DNA of 64,000 nt from Antedon mediterranea. Lineage: Eukaryota > Animalia > Echinodermata. Position numbers and translations under genes: made by a program. Numbering within the stretch: the stretch's first letter is position 1; every line of letters begins with the position of its first letter. The notes under the pieces were generated by a model. That model was given only the letters and a program-made list of their open reading frames with translations. It searched no databases and was not told where the DNA came from. Shown piece after piece: positions 13,101-28,100 of this stretch. The stretch covers positions 20,398,001-20,462,000 of the forward strand of contig NC_092671.1 in NCBI RefSeq assembly GCF_964355755.1. The letters run 5' to 3'.

Positions 13101-16100
13101 AAAAGTATGAAATAAGTTGTTTTAAATGTTTGTCATTGAATGTGATATTTTTTGTATAAGAATTTGTATTCCATTATACTGAATGTTCAAAAGTTACATA
13201 TTAATACAATTTGTCTCAAGACTAGTTATGGCACTTGGCAATTGTTGTGTTGTAAATCAAACTTTTTGGTGCATTGGAAATTATGGGATTTAGTTTTTAA
13301 AATCATAAAAATAAAATTGTTCTGAAACATGGTAAATTATGTATATCGGCCATTGCAGTCATCTAAAGGGTTAAGATCCAACAAATATTTACTACCAAAT
13401 TGTGATAATAGCAAAACTGTCTTTTACTAGCAGCAAAACTGATGTACCTTGTTCAAATTTGAGTGAAAATCCCACTCTAGTATCTGACGAATCACTGTAG
13501 AAATTCAAAAACATTGAGCCTTCACTTTCAATTGGATCTGGTAGAGAATCACCACAATATGTCCCCAATACACTATTGCTACTATTATAGATTTTAAGTC
13601 CATCATATGCACAGTTTGTTGCTTCTGCAAAGACAATATTCAATAATTAAGTTGTTAATTATAAATCTCAAGTGGAAAGATTCTGGGATTTGGTCATACC
13701 CACTCTTGAAGTATCTATATATAAATTTACGTAAGGGCAAAATTTTGTAAATTGTGCGTTACTTCGAGAATGTTTACTTGATGGTATATAAAGTTGGTTC
13801 GTACTTTCGGTACTGATTTTAACCACCTGATGTAACCTTGTTTACTAATTAAATTGAGTTACATAATTAGTTATTAGCCACCTTCACATAAGATTTTATC
13901 GTGCTTTTGCATCGTGATATTGAATATCACGTTAACAGGAAGAGCGTTCACATAAAATTGGACATCATGATATAAGTATGCTAATGAGGTGCACTGATGC
14001 GTGAAAGGCCAAACACACATGTTCTGAGCATACGTGGGAAGGGATTGTTGATTTGTTTTTGTAGTGTGGACCTCTTCTTTATCGAAATATTGCTTAACGA
14101 TAACAAATGTCCATGGTTCTGTTACGGATGAGCCATGGCATCTTTGCCTCAAATATTTCGTGTCAAAAAGTAGCCTAAGTAGCGAGCTTGAATTAATTTA
14201 AAAACAAACCTAGCCCGTCTGTAATTTCACGCTTACTTTTCCGAAGTTGTTACAATTTCGGCATGAATAAAGAACGTTCCAAATCGATGATATTTATTAA
14301 CTCCGTAATTTTGCAGAACCTTAGGTTTCAAAACACATGATTTTAACTATAACAATCTCACAACTACCACAACTGTACTACATCGAATATTTTATTATTT
14401 ATTACAGTTCTTTAATTTTAATATATTTACTGAAATTCATGACAAAAATATTAAATATGCATACATAGGTCTAGAATAGTTAGTAAATAGGCCCTACCCC
14501 CACCGTTTACATACAATAGATGTTTTACTTTGTAAAAAATATTCGGCCTAGAAATTTACGATGTCTGTTTAGGAATTAGCTTTGTTTAAAAAATCAGTTC
14601 CCTGTCAAGTCTATAAATTGATGAATATGAAATCATCTACACATATAGTTTACAAAATAAAGGCAAGTTGCGGCGTGCATGCAAATAGCCTTTGTGGTTG
14701 ATCGAGTTTTGGTTGGATGGTCTAGGCTAGCTTTCGAAATAGTCTCACAATGTTTCACATTAATTTCTGGTTTGTCCTCCCGATTTTGATATTTCATTCT
14801 TTAATTGTCTAACTAACTTGATGTATGATGTCCGAAACGATATAGTGGGTTAAACCTAAGAAATTTAACTATCAAAGCAAAAACAACTTCTTAAGAACTT
14901 TAAAAATCAAAACTACAACAATGGAGACCTTTTCCGGTGGGTGGCCGATGACGCAGTAAATAACCACGCGCCGATTGGTTGAATTTCGTCTCTACATATA
15001 ACGGTGTCTAATATATCATGATAACTTCGTAAGATCATGATAATTAACGTGCTCTCCGAGAGCACGTTAGCCGGAATTAACGTGATATCCAAGATCATGT
15101 TAACGACTTCCTGCAGGTTCACATTGAACATCATGATAAAGAAACTCACGATAATTTCTGAATGTAAACCTAGCTTAATAGCTAGGTTTACATTCAGAAA
15201 TTATCGTGAGTGACGAAATTCAACCAATCAGCGCTCGGTTGCTAATCGGGTGATGTATGGGTCATCGACCCAACCGGAAGCCGACGACTCCAACAACAAC
15301 AACAATAATTTTGACAGCGCGTTATATTTTTTTTGACGTCTCCATCTTTCAACCAAAACTGAACTCGCGCAACGCAAACCACAACAAACCAACAAACAAG
15401 CTACCGCACCACATCACACACCATGTTCTCAACGTTTGACCTCTGTCACGCAACATTGCACCTCATTAGCATATATACTTATATCATGATATCCAATTCT
15501 ATGTGAACGCTGTTCCTGCTAACGTGATATTCAATATCACGATACGAGAGCACGATAAAATCTTATGTGAACGTGACAATTAAAAATGAATTTAGGTAAA
15601 AATAAAAATAAACGTTGTAGTGGTGTACTTTACTATTTCAATCGACTATGACAGTGACAGTTTTAACAATGTATTTATTATTTATAGGTCTATAAAACAT
15701 GAAATTATATTTTGTTCCCCATCCCTCAACCCTAATGTTACATACAAAACACAATTGGGTTTGTTTAAATGAGTTAAAATAAAAAGTTTCTTTTTCGGAA
15801 GTAATTCCCAGGGTGCTAATTTTAGTTCACTACATCAATCATTGTGTCTATTTAGTCGTTTCTGTAACGACATGTATGTTCTGCGTTCCGGGGGCACGAT
15901 CTAGATGGTACACGCGCAAAGCGAGCATGCCATTTAGTTTCATTAAATTAAAAAATAAACCATCTTTGATGGAATTAATAAACAGAATTACCTTCAATTT
16001 CAAATGGCTCTTGAAATCGTATACGAAGTCGCTTTGTTGGATCATAATTTATAAGATAGTCACATGATAAACCATTATCATAATTATTTGGATAGCCAGG

Positions 16101-19100
16101 AGACGTAATTGTTCCATTTGTAGTGTTGAACGTTAAACCACATTCTAAAAACAAATTAAAGAATAACATCTTATTATTTAAAAGATTTTTTTTTATGTAA
16201 AAAAAAAACACTTAAAATAGTGAGAGACCTGATTTAAACTTGAATTGTCCATTTTTAAATTGACAGTGCTTTCTTGTTATGGTCAGCATTTATAGCGCTC
16301 AAACCCTACCTACAGTCCATGTTCCCTGAAAACCTGTCCCTTCATTTGTGTTATCTGAACGCATTCTGAAGGTGAGTTGATTGTTTGTTGAATTAACTGT
16401 TAATGGAGAAGTATTTCCACAGAAGTTTCCAAGAGGTCTGTCGGATGTAGAACCTCCATCAAATGCCTTTCAATCAAATTAAACATGATACAAATATTTT
16501 ATTTCACAGGGAAACAATTATTTTCAGTACTGTTACTATACATTCAAAGAACGGTAATAAGTTATCATTGAAGAGTTTTGAATACATACATAAAATACAT
16601 TAACTCATTAACTCCTAATTGTATTAAAAATTTAATTTTGAAAAGAATTTATTTTTAATATTCATTACTCATTTACTTACAAGAAATCCAAAATATACAT
16701 TGATACATATACAAAATACAATTGAGTACATATACAGCAGGCCCGTAACCAGGGGGGGATCGGGGGGATCGTACGATCCCCCCGCTGAACAGCGAGTTCC
16801 GCTTGGCCTCCCACATTTTTTTTGCTGGGCATACTAACACAACACGACGATTGTTCACTACAGGCCTAGTCAAGCCTTAATAAATTTAATTAATATATAT
16901 ATATATATTTTAACTAAAATATAAAAACCTAACACTAAACTGGAGCTAGCTGTACACAGAGCATAGTTGTTGTTTGGTTGACATAACAGGGTATTCCCCT
17001 ACACAGGTCTCCGCGTGCGTGTGTGACGTGCCCAGCCAGCTGCTTGATAGAGAAAGCATGCAGCTCACACGCAAGTGCAAGATGCAATGGTTGAGTGAAT
17101 TCAGGGATCATCTTAATTCCATGGTTTTTTACCTAAACACCACATGATGGTGAATATGCCTGTTAAAGTCTCAATGATACGATCCCTAATGTACCATGTT
17201 GTTGCTAGGACGCTTGAAAGGAGGAGGGATCTAGCCTAATTTCGGTCGGCAAGAGAATGCCGTCCTCTGACAATATAAGGTCGGCAATTGAAATTTGTGG
17301 GCTGGAAATTACACCAACAATATAGTTCATAAACAAAAGAGAATAGCCGAAAATGCGATTTGCGGCCATAGGCCTATAGAGAAAAAAAATTCGAGGGTAT
17401 GGTTCCAGTGGCGGATCTAGCGGGGGCGTATTTATTTTTTAAATTAAATAGATTTTAAAAACACGTATTGTTTCGACGGTCATCAATCACTGATGGTTTG
17501 CACATTTTCATAGTGAAAATAGTACGTCGGAGCACATCGTCAGCTTGATCGCATTCCACCAAGCATGTACGTCGACATCCTTTGTGTACTATCAATCTCT
17601 AGCGTTACCAACGATCAAAGGAGCAAGTTGATAAAAGCCACGTGGTGAGCTTGGCCTTGGTCGCGTTCCACTAAGCAGGTCGGCATCCTTTGTGATTGTC
17701 ACTCCCGTGTTGTAGAGTAGAGGTACCTCAGACGATCAATAGAGTTGATTAAGCCACATGGTCAGTGCTACTATTATTAAAACGTATTACTATTAAAATA
17801 TTACCAATGCTGCAGCATTTCATGACCCTTGTTGTTTTATTTGCTTTCCCGTCGATGATTCTCATAAACACATCGCGATGACATCATGACAAAAGAGGTG
17901 TTTTGTTTTTTTCAAATCACTAAATATAATGTAATCGAGCCGGACCGCTAATTTTAAACGATCGTTTAAACCACCAGGTCGTTGAATATGCCGTGATTTT
18001 AATTGTCAAAAACATGACCGTCAGTCGATGGCTCGGAGTTTCGATAAATCTCGCGGCGCATGTGTTACGTGGTGGTGGAAAACACTCTCAGCAAGTTTGC
18101 TTCATTATATTAATGAGACTCTGTGACAACCCGCTTTAACGTGACGTCATTTTACTTAAGCTGCATGATGCGTGCGAAGAAGAACAAAGAACTTATAAGT
18201 TCTTTGAGAAGAAGTAGTCACTGCAATCGACCCGGCGCGTGTGTAAGAAAATAATACCGGCCTAGTCTAGGACAAGTTTATGCTTATATAAAAGCTGGAA
18301 AACATCGTCGCGTTGTAAAAATTTAGATGTAAAGTACACAGGCAAGTTGTTAGCTTGCTTTGGTACCCTAGGTAAGTATCAGCTGCATGTTCCAAATGTC
18401 GTAATTTGCGAGCTTTAGAGTGTTTGGTAAATGACATTATGAGATGTTTGTAAATCGTTTTAAATGACTTACAATGCGCTAGAACGCCAAAATTTCCAGG
18501 GGCCGTCGGCCCCTGGATCCCGACCGGGGGCCCTTGGCGGCCCCCTGGCCCCCAGCCAATGTTTGCTCGCTTCGCTCGCAAAGTTATGCCACCCCTATTT
18601 CAATATCCCGCCGTCAAACCTGGTTACGGCCCTGATTACAACATTTACACTGGATTTTCAATAATAGGTTTAGAAATTCAGATGGAAGGAATGAATTTAT
18701 AAATCTTACAGTCAGAACATCACCAGTACATGAGTAGCCGGTCCCTTTAATATCAAAGTTATTGTCAAATTCAAATTTGACGTGGTAACCGTGTTCAACA
18801 ATAATAGTCCAGATACATTCTTCATTTGAGTGGTAATTACTTGGATAGTTACTACTTTTAATGGTGCCAGTGTTCCCATGGAAATTTCCTCCACATCCTG
18901 GAAACATAATGAAAATATGATATTAACTTTAAAAACAAACTGTTTTTTTAAAGTAATTGTTTTGTATAAAATGTATTTAAGTTCTTTTTGTCTTATTTTT
19001 GTTTGTATTACTATAAGTAAATAATATAAATTTGAGTATACCTGATGTAACTGTAGTCCATTCCAATCTGAAACCTTGAGCTGCTTCAAATGCATCAGAC

Positions 19101-22100
19101 ATAAATTGTACTAATGCTTTATTTGAAGATGTTGTGACAGTTGATGGAAGAGTGTTTCCACACCATGGATTCTGCCCAGAAATCTTTGGTGAGTCAAAGT
19201 TACCTCCATTGAAAACAGCAAGATAGTCATAAATACAATCAGGATGACTTTCAATGTCAAATGCTGTAAATGATAACTGTAAGAAAAACAGACAATTTGT
19301 AGTAATTTATCCATATTAAACTTTTTTCTGATTTTTAATATAAAATAAAGAAATTTAATTATGAGTTTCACAAATGAAAGGATATATAAAAATAAAATAG
19401 AAATTAGATAAGACTATTTTGTAACAATAATAACTGAGGAAGGACAAGTGTTGAGCTAGAGTGTTGATGAGTTCTGCCAAAAAGCTCTGCACATTTTTTC
19501 TGCCTGTTTTACTTGATCGTTTATCTTCATTGAGATCTAGTCACTGATACCCATAACATTGTCATTTTTCAGCAATTTGTGCCTTTTTTTATCTTAAGGA
19601 GGTACTGTATTTTTTACCACACATACGTTACAGAATTTGTAAAATACAACTTGAATATAATCTTACCGTAAGCTGTGATCCTGGAGGTCCTTCAACCAGC
19701 CAAACACATTTATCAAAATGATTGTAATCGAGTGGAAAATTTGGACTTGTAATTACACCATCTGTTCCAGACACTAAACCACCACAAACTAAAAAGTAGA
19801 AAATTAAAAAAATAATATAAATAAAAATAAAATAAAAAAATAATTTATTCATTTGTATTTTGCAAATTCAATTAAGATATGTTTAAATGATGCACAAACA
19901 AAGAAATCTTATTTATACTACTACTAACATCTTCATTTATAAACGCTTCTCAGACTGAGGGTATGAAAATGAAAAGATCAAATGAATACATTATGTGACA
20001 AACCTGAGGCACCATATGTGGCAGAAAATCCTTCAAACTGAACTGTGTCATCAGTGAAAAATCTTGCATAAAGTGAAGCATGTGGAAGAACAATTGGTAA
20101 AGGTGCATCTGGTCCACAGTATTTACCAATTAATTCCCCTGACACACCAACGCCTGTAAATTAAGCACATTTAAAGATATAAATATTATAACTCAACTTT
20201 TAAAAATGGTAGAAAGTATGTAGAAATGTATTTCAATTTATTTATGAATTCCATTCATTTGTATGCAATTAAAGTTCAAAATAACGACATGCTTACAACA
20301 AATGCATGTGCTCTCCAATGGCAAATTTAATATAATGCAAATTATTTCTATTTTAATCTATCATAGCTCCTAAGAAAGTGATTTAAACTTATTATGGAAA
20401 ATATGAATTCTTGTAAAAATGTTTCCTATCGGATGTTGTGACGTCATCAGTTTAAAAAGACAGATTTTCATCTTTTTTGTCATAGTTCATATATTTAAAA
20501 GAGCGTGTATCTCAATTCTGCGTAACCTGAATTTTAATTTACATTTATTATGTTTGTGATAATAATACTCTTTTATTTAGATTTGTAACATTGTCATGTC
20601 AAAAATTATAATTAAATGTGGACACTGACAGAACAGTGCTGCTGTAACTTGTCATAACACATCTAGTTATTTAAAAAATCAACAAACCTGGCTCCATATA
20701 GTAATATTGTTTGTAAAACATGTTAATAATAAATCTATATTATATGCTAGAAAAAATTATCAACTTACCAGCCCTAATTTCCAAAAAGTCATAATTACAA
20801 TTGCTGCTATCTTCAATATTCCAGCCACTGTCAAAATCAAGATATATACTTGAGTTTGCAATGTTAGGATTTGTGATAATCCAAGCACAGTCTAGGTTAG
20901 CACTGTAGTTGGCAAGTTGATAGCCAGGGCTGAAGAATCTTGCCTCTGTAGATTGTGACGCTACTAACGTACCTCCGCAAACTATACAAAATTAATCAAT
21001 GCACATATTCATTTAATATCTACGATTGGGCCTTCCCATGACTGACTAATGTGAAAATACAATCAATCTTATAGCGACATTGGGATAACCTAAATTGATT
21101 GAGTTCTGATTGTAAGACTATATAAAAAGAACTATATTTTATTATTGATGATTTTAGGTTATTCAATACACCTACTTTAATTTAAGTGCATGTAAAAGTT
21201 CAGAATTATAATTTACACATGCTTTTACCTGATGCATCCTGTGAATCGTAACGAGCTGAAAACCCACGAGCATTAACATTGCTGTCAGTACGAAAAACAA
21301 CACGCATATGATTTCCAGATGATGCAACATCTTGTGGGGCTGTAACTCCACAATATGTACCAAGTATTGGAGCATCATTCTCTAAACCATTGTAAACCTA
21401 GAAAAAGTGAATTAGTTTTTTGACTTAGGTCACACTGATAAAATATTGTGAATAAACCAATCCGGGAGTGTTTATTAACAATAGCAGGTTTTCAAAATTG
21501 CAGCATCATTGCATTGGTTTTCTCCCACACCTGCTAACTAGTAGAAAAGGGGCCAGTCACATGCGCATATAATACTCTGGCAGCCTTAAGGCTGGTTTCC
21601 TGTCGACGTAAGAACATCACTTTTGTTGCGACTACGTCGATTTGTCGTAAGAAATGCGGATTTTATAGGAAACCGATTACGATCGAAAATTTATAAAATC
21701 GACGCAACGTAAGAAAAATGGTAACGACAAACGATTTTACAGGAAACCGATGACCTACCAATTGTTGCGTTACGACGGTTTCTTCCGATTTTACAGGAAA
21801 CCGGGATTTTTTATCTTACGCTTGAATGAACGCCCTTGCGTCACGTTTCTTACGAAAGTTGACTTCAAGTCAACTTTCGTAAGAGACGTAAGCGCAATCG
21901 TAACAAGCAACCAATGAGCGAAAAGAGTTATGACGTAATGTGTATGTCCTTATAGTGAAATAAAGCTGGACAATAACATTTGTATATGTATTTTTACTAC
22001 TATAATTTTAGCCCACTTTACGATGTTATACATACTTTACAAATGCACAGTAGTTTCTATATAATAATGTTCTAATCAGGGAGTTTACAACTCATATCAA

Positions 22101-25100
22101 AATATAATACTCTTATTTATGGACGTGCAATAAACAATCAGCATTTCAAAGAAATCGACATTCTTCTGTTCTATTTGTCGGTAGAAACGTCGCGAAAATG
22201 AACATTTGCAACAAGATAAGATATAGAAAGCCCCTTTGTAAGCAATATAATATTATTATGTAACTTTAAAAAAAACTTGTTTGCTTGATTTTGTATAATT
22301 TATATTGTTTTGTTAAATTTATTCTTATTATAGGCCTGTAAATAATGGGTATCTTACTGCGGTAGTACTATCTCTCATGCTCGATTAGATATGCTTATAG
22401 GCCTATAGGCCAATGACTAGCCTAGGGCCTAGATAGGTCTAATAATAATAGGAATCTCGAAATGATTTGCCTTTTTTTAATTTTGAAACTATTTAATTTA
22501 TATTTTGATTTATACAAATAATACATAGGCCTATACTAGCCTAGGCTAGTTTGATTATTTGGTCAAATCAATTCCTATTAGTACAGTATTAATTAAGTAT
22601 TTTACTAATACTAGGGCCTAGCCTATCTACTGAAAATAATATGTTGGTGTGCTGCACTGACACTGCTGCTGAGTAGCTACAGGTACAATAACAACATTCA
22701 ACATTTCGCGCAAAAATGATAAAACCCGCTCTAAAAAGAAACACCAATCAGAGATGTTGTTTCAAATACGTCATAAATCTGACCGACGTAAGAAAAAAAT
22801 TTCAACTTTCGTAACAACACTAAAATCGACGTAAGCATACGACGTGTGTTTCACAGCCAAAATTTCAACTTTCGGGAGCAGCATAACTACAGATGTTTCT
22901 CTGCGGCCCAACACGATCTTGACTAAGGTCAACGACGTCAAATTTTTCTCAACTTTCGTAAGAGACGTAAAAAGCGTATGAAACGCAAGAATCGTTGCAA
23001 AATTCGACTTCTTACGTCGACAGGAAACCAGCCTTTAGTTGTGATGACATGACCACAGCAACAATATTACATATTTTTCTGATTGACAAGTGTTAATGAT
23101 AGCAAATAAACCAATTAATGTATTTCCGCTCAAATAGTGATAAAACAATATGGTAATCAATCAATCGTTTGATTTATATAGCGCTATTTTAACAGTCATT
23201 GCTCATGGTGCTGCAAAAATATCAGAAAATGCGAGTTCACATAACCCATAGCGAAAAAAAAAAAAAGTAGTAGTAGGCTTAAGTAGAAGTAGCTCTATTT
23301 TTAGTAGCCCTAATAATTTTTGTAGAAAACATTTTTATCTTGCCTACTAACGATTGAATGACTACTTCCCAGCTATACAAAATAGATAGTTGATTAATAT
23401 TTAACTGGCTATTATCAGTTTCTTTATAGTCTATTGATAGGTTATTGGTAGCCCTTGTATAGCTATAATAAGTAGACAGTAGATAGATATGACACTCATA
23501 GATTTCTAATAGGTATCTGGTAGTCCATAGTATAAAATAGATAGTTTATAAACAGTTACTGGCTATTATCAGTTTGTTTATGTCTATTAATAGGTTGCTG
23601 GTACTAGCCCTTTGTATAGCTATTAAAGTAGACAATAGATAGATATATACAACTGTGTTACTCACAGATTAAAAATAGTGAAAAATCTATCGAATAAAAT
23701 TAGTGCAGTGAGGTAAAACCTATTATGAACTATCTAAAATCTACCTAAAATCTACTTATTAGGTGCTTAGATAGTTATAGAGCTATATCTATTAAGGCAA
23801 TAACTTATAAGGCTAATAGATATAGAGCTATATCTACTAAAACTTTTGTTATAGGAAATAACCTCAGTAAAAATAACTGCTTCAATATCAGTTATATCAT
23901 AGGTCAACCTAGTTTGTAAGGCTCTTGCTCAGAGTTTTGTACACATATACTGCTTCTCATTGCCACATCAATGTCCCACCGCAACTTGGGTTAGGTAGGA
24001 GCTATCATTAAGTTTACATGTAAGAGAGGATGTGTCTTCAAAACACAATAATACAGGTACTGTATTAAGTTAATGATATTGATTTAAGACACCAATAATT
24101 ATTGTTATTAAAGATATATTGAAAAATAATTTAATTCATTCATTCATTCATTCATTCAATCTTTTCATTCAATCTATTATTTCATTAATAGGTCTGGTCG
24201 CATAATAGTTCACTTTGACTAAAAACTGGATAAAAAAAAAATTAGTTACCTGAAAAAATATAATTTAAAGCAAAAAATTGGCACGTTTATAAGTGAAAAC
24301 ATTTTTTCTTTTGTGTTTGTTTTCTATGAAAGAGATTTACTCTATTAAAACTACAAAACAACCTATTCAAAATCTGATTTAATTCATTTTTCATATTTTT
24401 TTGGGAGACAATACAAATTGAAATTTATTGAAAGAAAAAAAAATACCTGTACACTATCAAACTGGCAACCTGAAACATCTTCCAAATCAAAATCATCAAA
24501 ATTCAGTGTAATTCTGTGACCAGTTTGTACACTAATTTTCCATTCACACACACGGGCATGTGCATATAAACCAGGATAATTTGGTGATGTGAATGTTCCT
24601 GTACTAGTGAACAACTCTCCACCACAAGCTTAAATAAATCGGAATAAAAATAAATCGGAATAAAGATTATTCATGTTTTTTTTGTTTAATGATAAACAGT
24701 ATTAGGCTGCTTATATATGGCTTCTGGCACCAGATATATTTTATAACATAGACATATAACATTTAATTTTTTGTAAACAAAATTAAAATAAGTGCATTTA
24801 CCTTCTAAGCTGGATGAAAATCCCATTATAAAACCTGAGGATTGCTGAGTAGAATTAGTTATGAACTGTACAAATGCAAAACTATCAGAAGTATCAATGG
24901 CAGATGGCAAGGATGTTCCACAGCTTGTTGCCAAGACAGGATCTAAACACAATTAAAACATATTTTTACAATAATTTATGTAAATTGTAACCTGGACCCT
25001 ATTACTGCTGCCAAGAAAATACCGTATTTAATACGGTATTTTTTGAATACCGTATTTATACTGTTTTTTGGCAGAAGAAACTGCGCTCATAAAAAAAAAC

Positions 25101-28100
25101 CAGGATTACTAAAAAACTAATTACAAGATCTTGACCAAAATGAATATACAGATAGATATGTGATCAAGAACCATTTCATTACAGTACATTTTGGAGGCAA
25201 TCCGGACCACAGTCCTTATTCTGGACCACTTTTTAGTATAATTTTCAGACCTGCTAGTGTTAAAAGATAGGACAGAATTTTCAAAAGCCGACGAGCACTC
25301 TTAAAATAACAAGTAAACTGAAATTGCATTTTCTCGAGAACTACTTGTCCAAAAAACTTCATTTTTGTACAAGAGGCAAAGGTTATAATTTGTGATTTGT
25401 AATTTTAAAACATAAATTGAATTAATTTGCAGGTTTTTTCATACGAGTAGTTTTAAAAAACCTATTTATTTTCAAATTCATCCGTTTGTTTTTGGCGTTG
25501 CTGTTCTATTGTTAGTCAACAGAATCTATTGTTAGTTGAAAGGCTGGTTACATAACAATTAAACCAAATTCGCATACACATGCTTGTAGTGAAATTAGCC
25601 TAAATCACACACAGCATTAAGACATACACAAATATATATATATATTTTCCCGGAGAAATCTTATGTATGAGAACCCTAATTAGAATTGGCTTATTTGTTT
25701 TATACAGTAAATACATAATATGGATTATGTTTATTTACATGCATAACTAATTATATCTTAATATCTTTATTAATTCGAAAAAGCAAAATACTTTTTAAAT
25801 GTTGTACATTATAATTAAAAAAAATATATAATACTACTACAAAAATATCACATTGTGTTAAAATACAAATAAATAAATTCAATTAAATGTAATTTTGTAG
25901 GCCTACTTTATAGTTCAAAATCCTCACAGTGAAAAAAACAAATTAATAATATAATGGCAGGCAGATATTATAATATCTTGAAGTGGTATTTGTGCTTTGT
26001 TGGAACATACAATGGAGGTTCATGAAATCATATTGCTTGGTTATAGGATCTTTAAATAACCTCATTATAGAAACAAATTGGGTTTGTTTAAGTGAATCCT
26101 AATAAAAAATCTGGACTCATTTTGTGACAAGTTTCTCTTTCGGAAGTATCTCCCAGGTTGCTAATTTTCGTTGACTACATAAATCATCGTATTTATTTTC
26201 AGTTCTTCTGCAGTACGTATATTTAAAATAACACTTTTTTTTACACTGAAATTAATGTGGAATTGAGAACCGTCTAGTTATAGAAATTTGTATTAGTCTA
26301 CATTTGTATTAGCCTACAAGCACATTTCTGGATTTTCTATAACCAGGTCTCTTGATTTTGTAATTAATTCAGATCCACCTAGGTAGAGATCTATAAAATA
26401 AAACAATACAAGTTGAACTGATTTCATATTTATTAACAAATATATGAATAAATATGAAGTCATCTTAGTTCATCTCGTATTCTTTTATTTTATGTTTACA
26501 GTATATATATATATATATTTCATCATCAAATGTAATAATTTGGACATGTTCTTACATGAGCTATTTTTACCATCAAAAACGACAACCTTGTCTCCTGTTG
26601 CACAGTTATCATTATTGACACCAAGATTGAAGAGAGAAAAACTGATTGTTAAGTAGTGGCCAGTTGTCCCATGGAAGATCCATTCACACTGCAAGTTATT
26701 CTCATAAGCTGCTGGAAAGTTTGGTGATGTAATGTTTGCACCAACTCCTGACACAGTTCCACCACAAGTTGCTAAAATAAAATTAATTTTATTTATTTAC
26801 CTAAAATAACAAAATGTAATAATAATATCCTTTACACCATCTTGCTCTGAAAGAGCAATAGGCGAAACCAGATATATATATATATAAATCCAAAGGCAAA
26901 CTTATTGAATATAAATTACGAGACACTATATCCTGTATACGTACTACATACAGTGCAGAATAGGTGAAAATAAGTGACCAAAGTTATTAACGCTTTTGAA
27001 CATGATGACGTCATCACAATTTTAAAAATGGTGAATCATGCGAAAGATAATCGATTGACCTAGACAATAATAAAAAAATTGAGGGAATTGGAATACGAAT
27101 AAAGGAGATGCGCTCTATTAAATGTGACGAGCTATGGCGAAAGAGACAAAAATCCTATATTTCATATTCGAGTGGCCATACGATGATGTCACAATGTCCG
27201 GTTAGCCATATCGATGCATGATTCGATATCTACAACTCATCAACTTCCAGAATATGTAATTTTAAAAAAGTTCACCACGTAGTTTACAATCTATGACTGT
27301 TTTAAGAAAGGCATAATTTTCACAAATTTTTGAACTTTTTCATAAAAAACGCACGCAAATTGTCCAATTCTATGTGCTCGTATGACGTGATTTTAAGTCA
27401 AAATTGTTTGAAAGTTGGTAAAATTACTAAAACAGGCTGAAAAAACAAAAATCACGCAAAAATAGGTGTTTTTTGCGCTACATGCGCACGCACGCGTAAA
27501 AAAATGCGCGGCCGTGGGAATTTTTGAAACGCTCAAAATGACATGAAATGCGTAGAAAGTTGATTAGAAGTTGATTTTTCGCATTTTGAAATTTTAAACG
27601 CGCGTGCGCGCGTAACTTTCTGTGAAACATGCCATTTTTAATCCATAGAAAGTTTCCCCTTCATATGACTTAAATTTTCACCAAGTGTCAATACAAAATG
27701 ACTTTTGGTTTTTAATCTATGATCAATCATTGAAATTCATAAAATCGCGCGTAACTTACGCTGCGCAACTCGGACGAGACCGAAAACCTTATTACAACAT
27801 CTTCAGATAGAGGTCAATCTTCTGATAAAGTTATACAATGTTATGTTGAGAAGATTTAGAGATACACTAGCAACAAAATTCTGGGAAAGAAAGAAGAACA
27901 TAGAAAAAAAAAAAAAAAAAAAAAGATCCTGACAATAACAAGGGGTTATCCGCCAAGTGCGGATAACCAATTACTGAAAAAAATGACAATGCTGTGGGTA
28001 TCAGTGGCTGGATCTCAATGGAGATACAAAAAAAAAAGCGAAAAGCTAAAACAAAACGATAAAGTAAACAGCCAGAAAAGTTAGCAGAGCTTTCGGGCAA

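Noticed and set aside
18267-18664. Gly/Pro-rich ORFs on both strands
   Set aside because: They arise from GC-rich hAT subterminal sequence; there is no splice or coding support.
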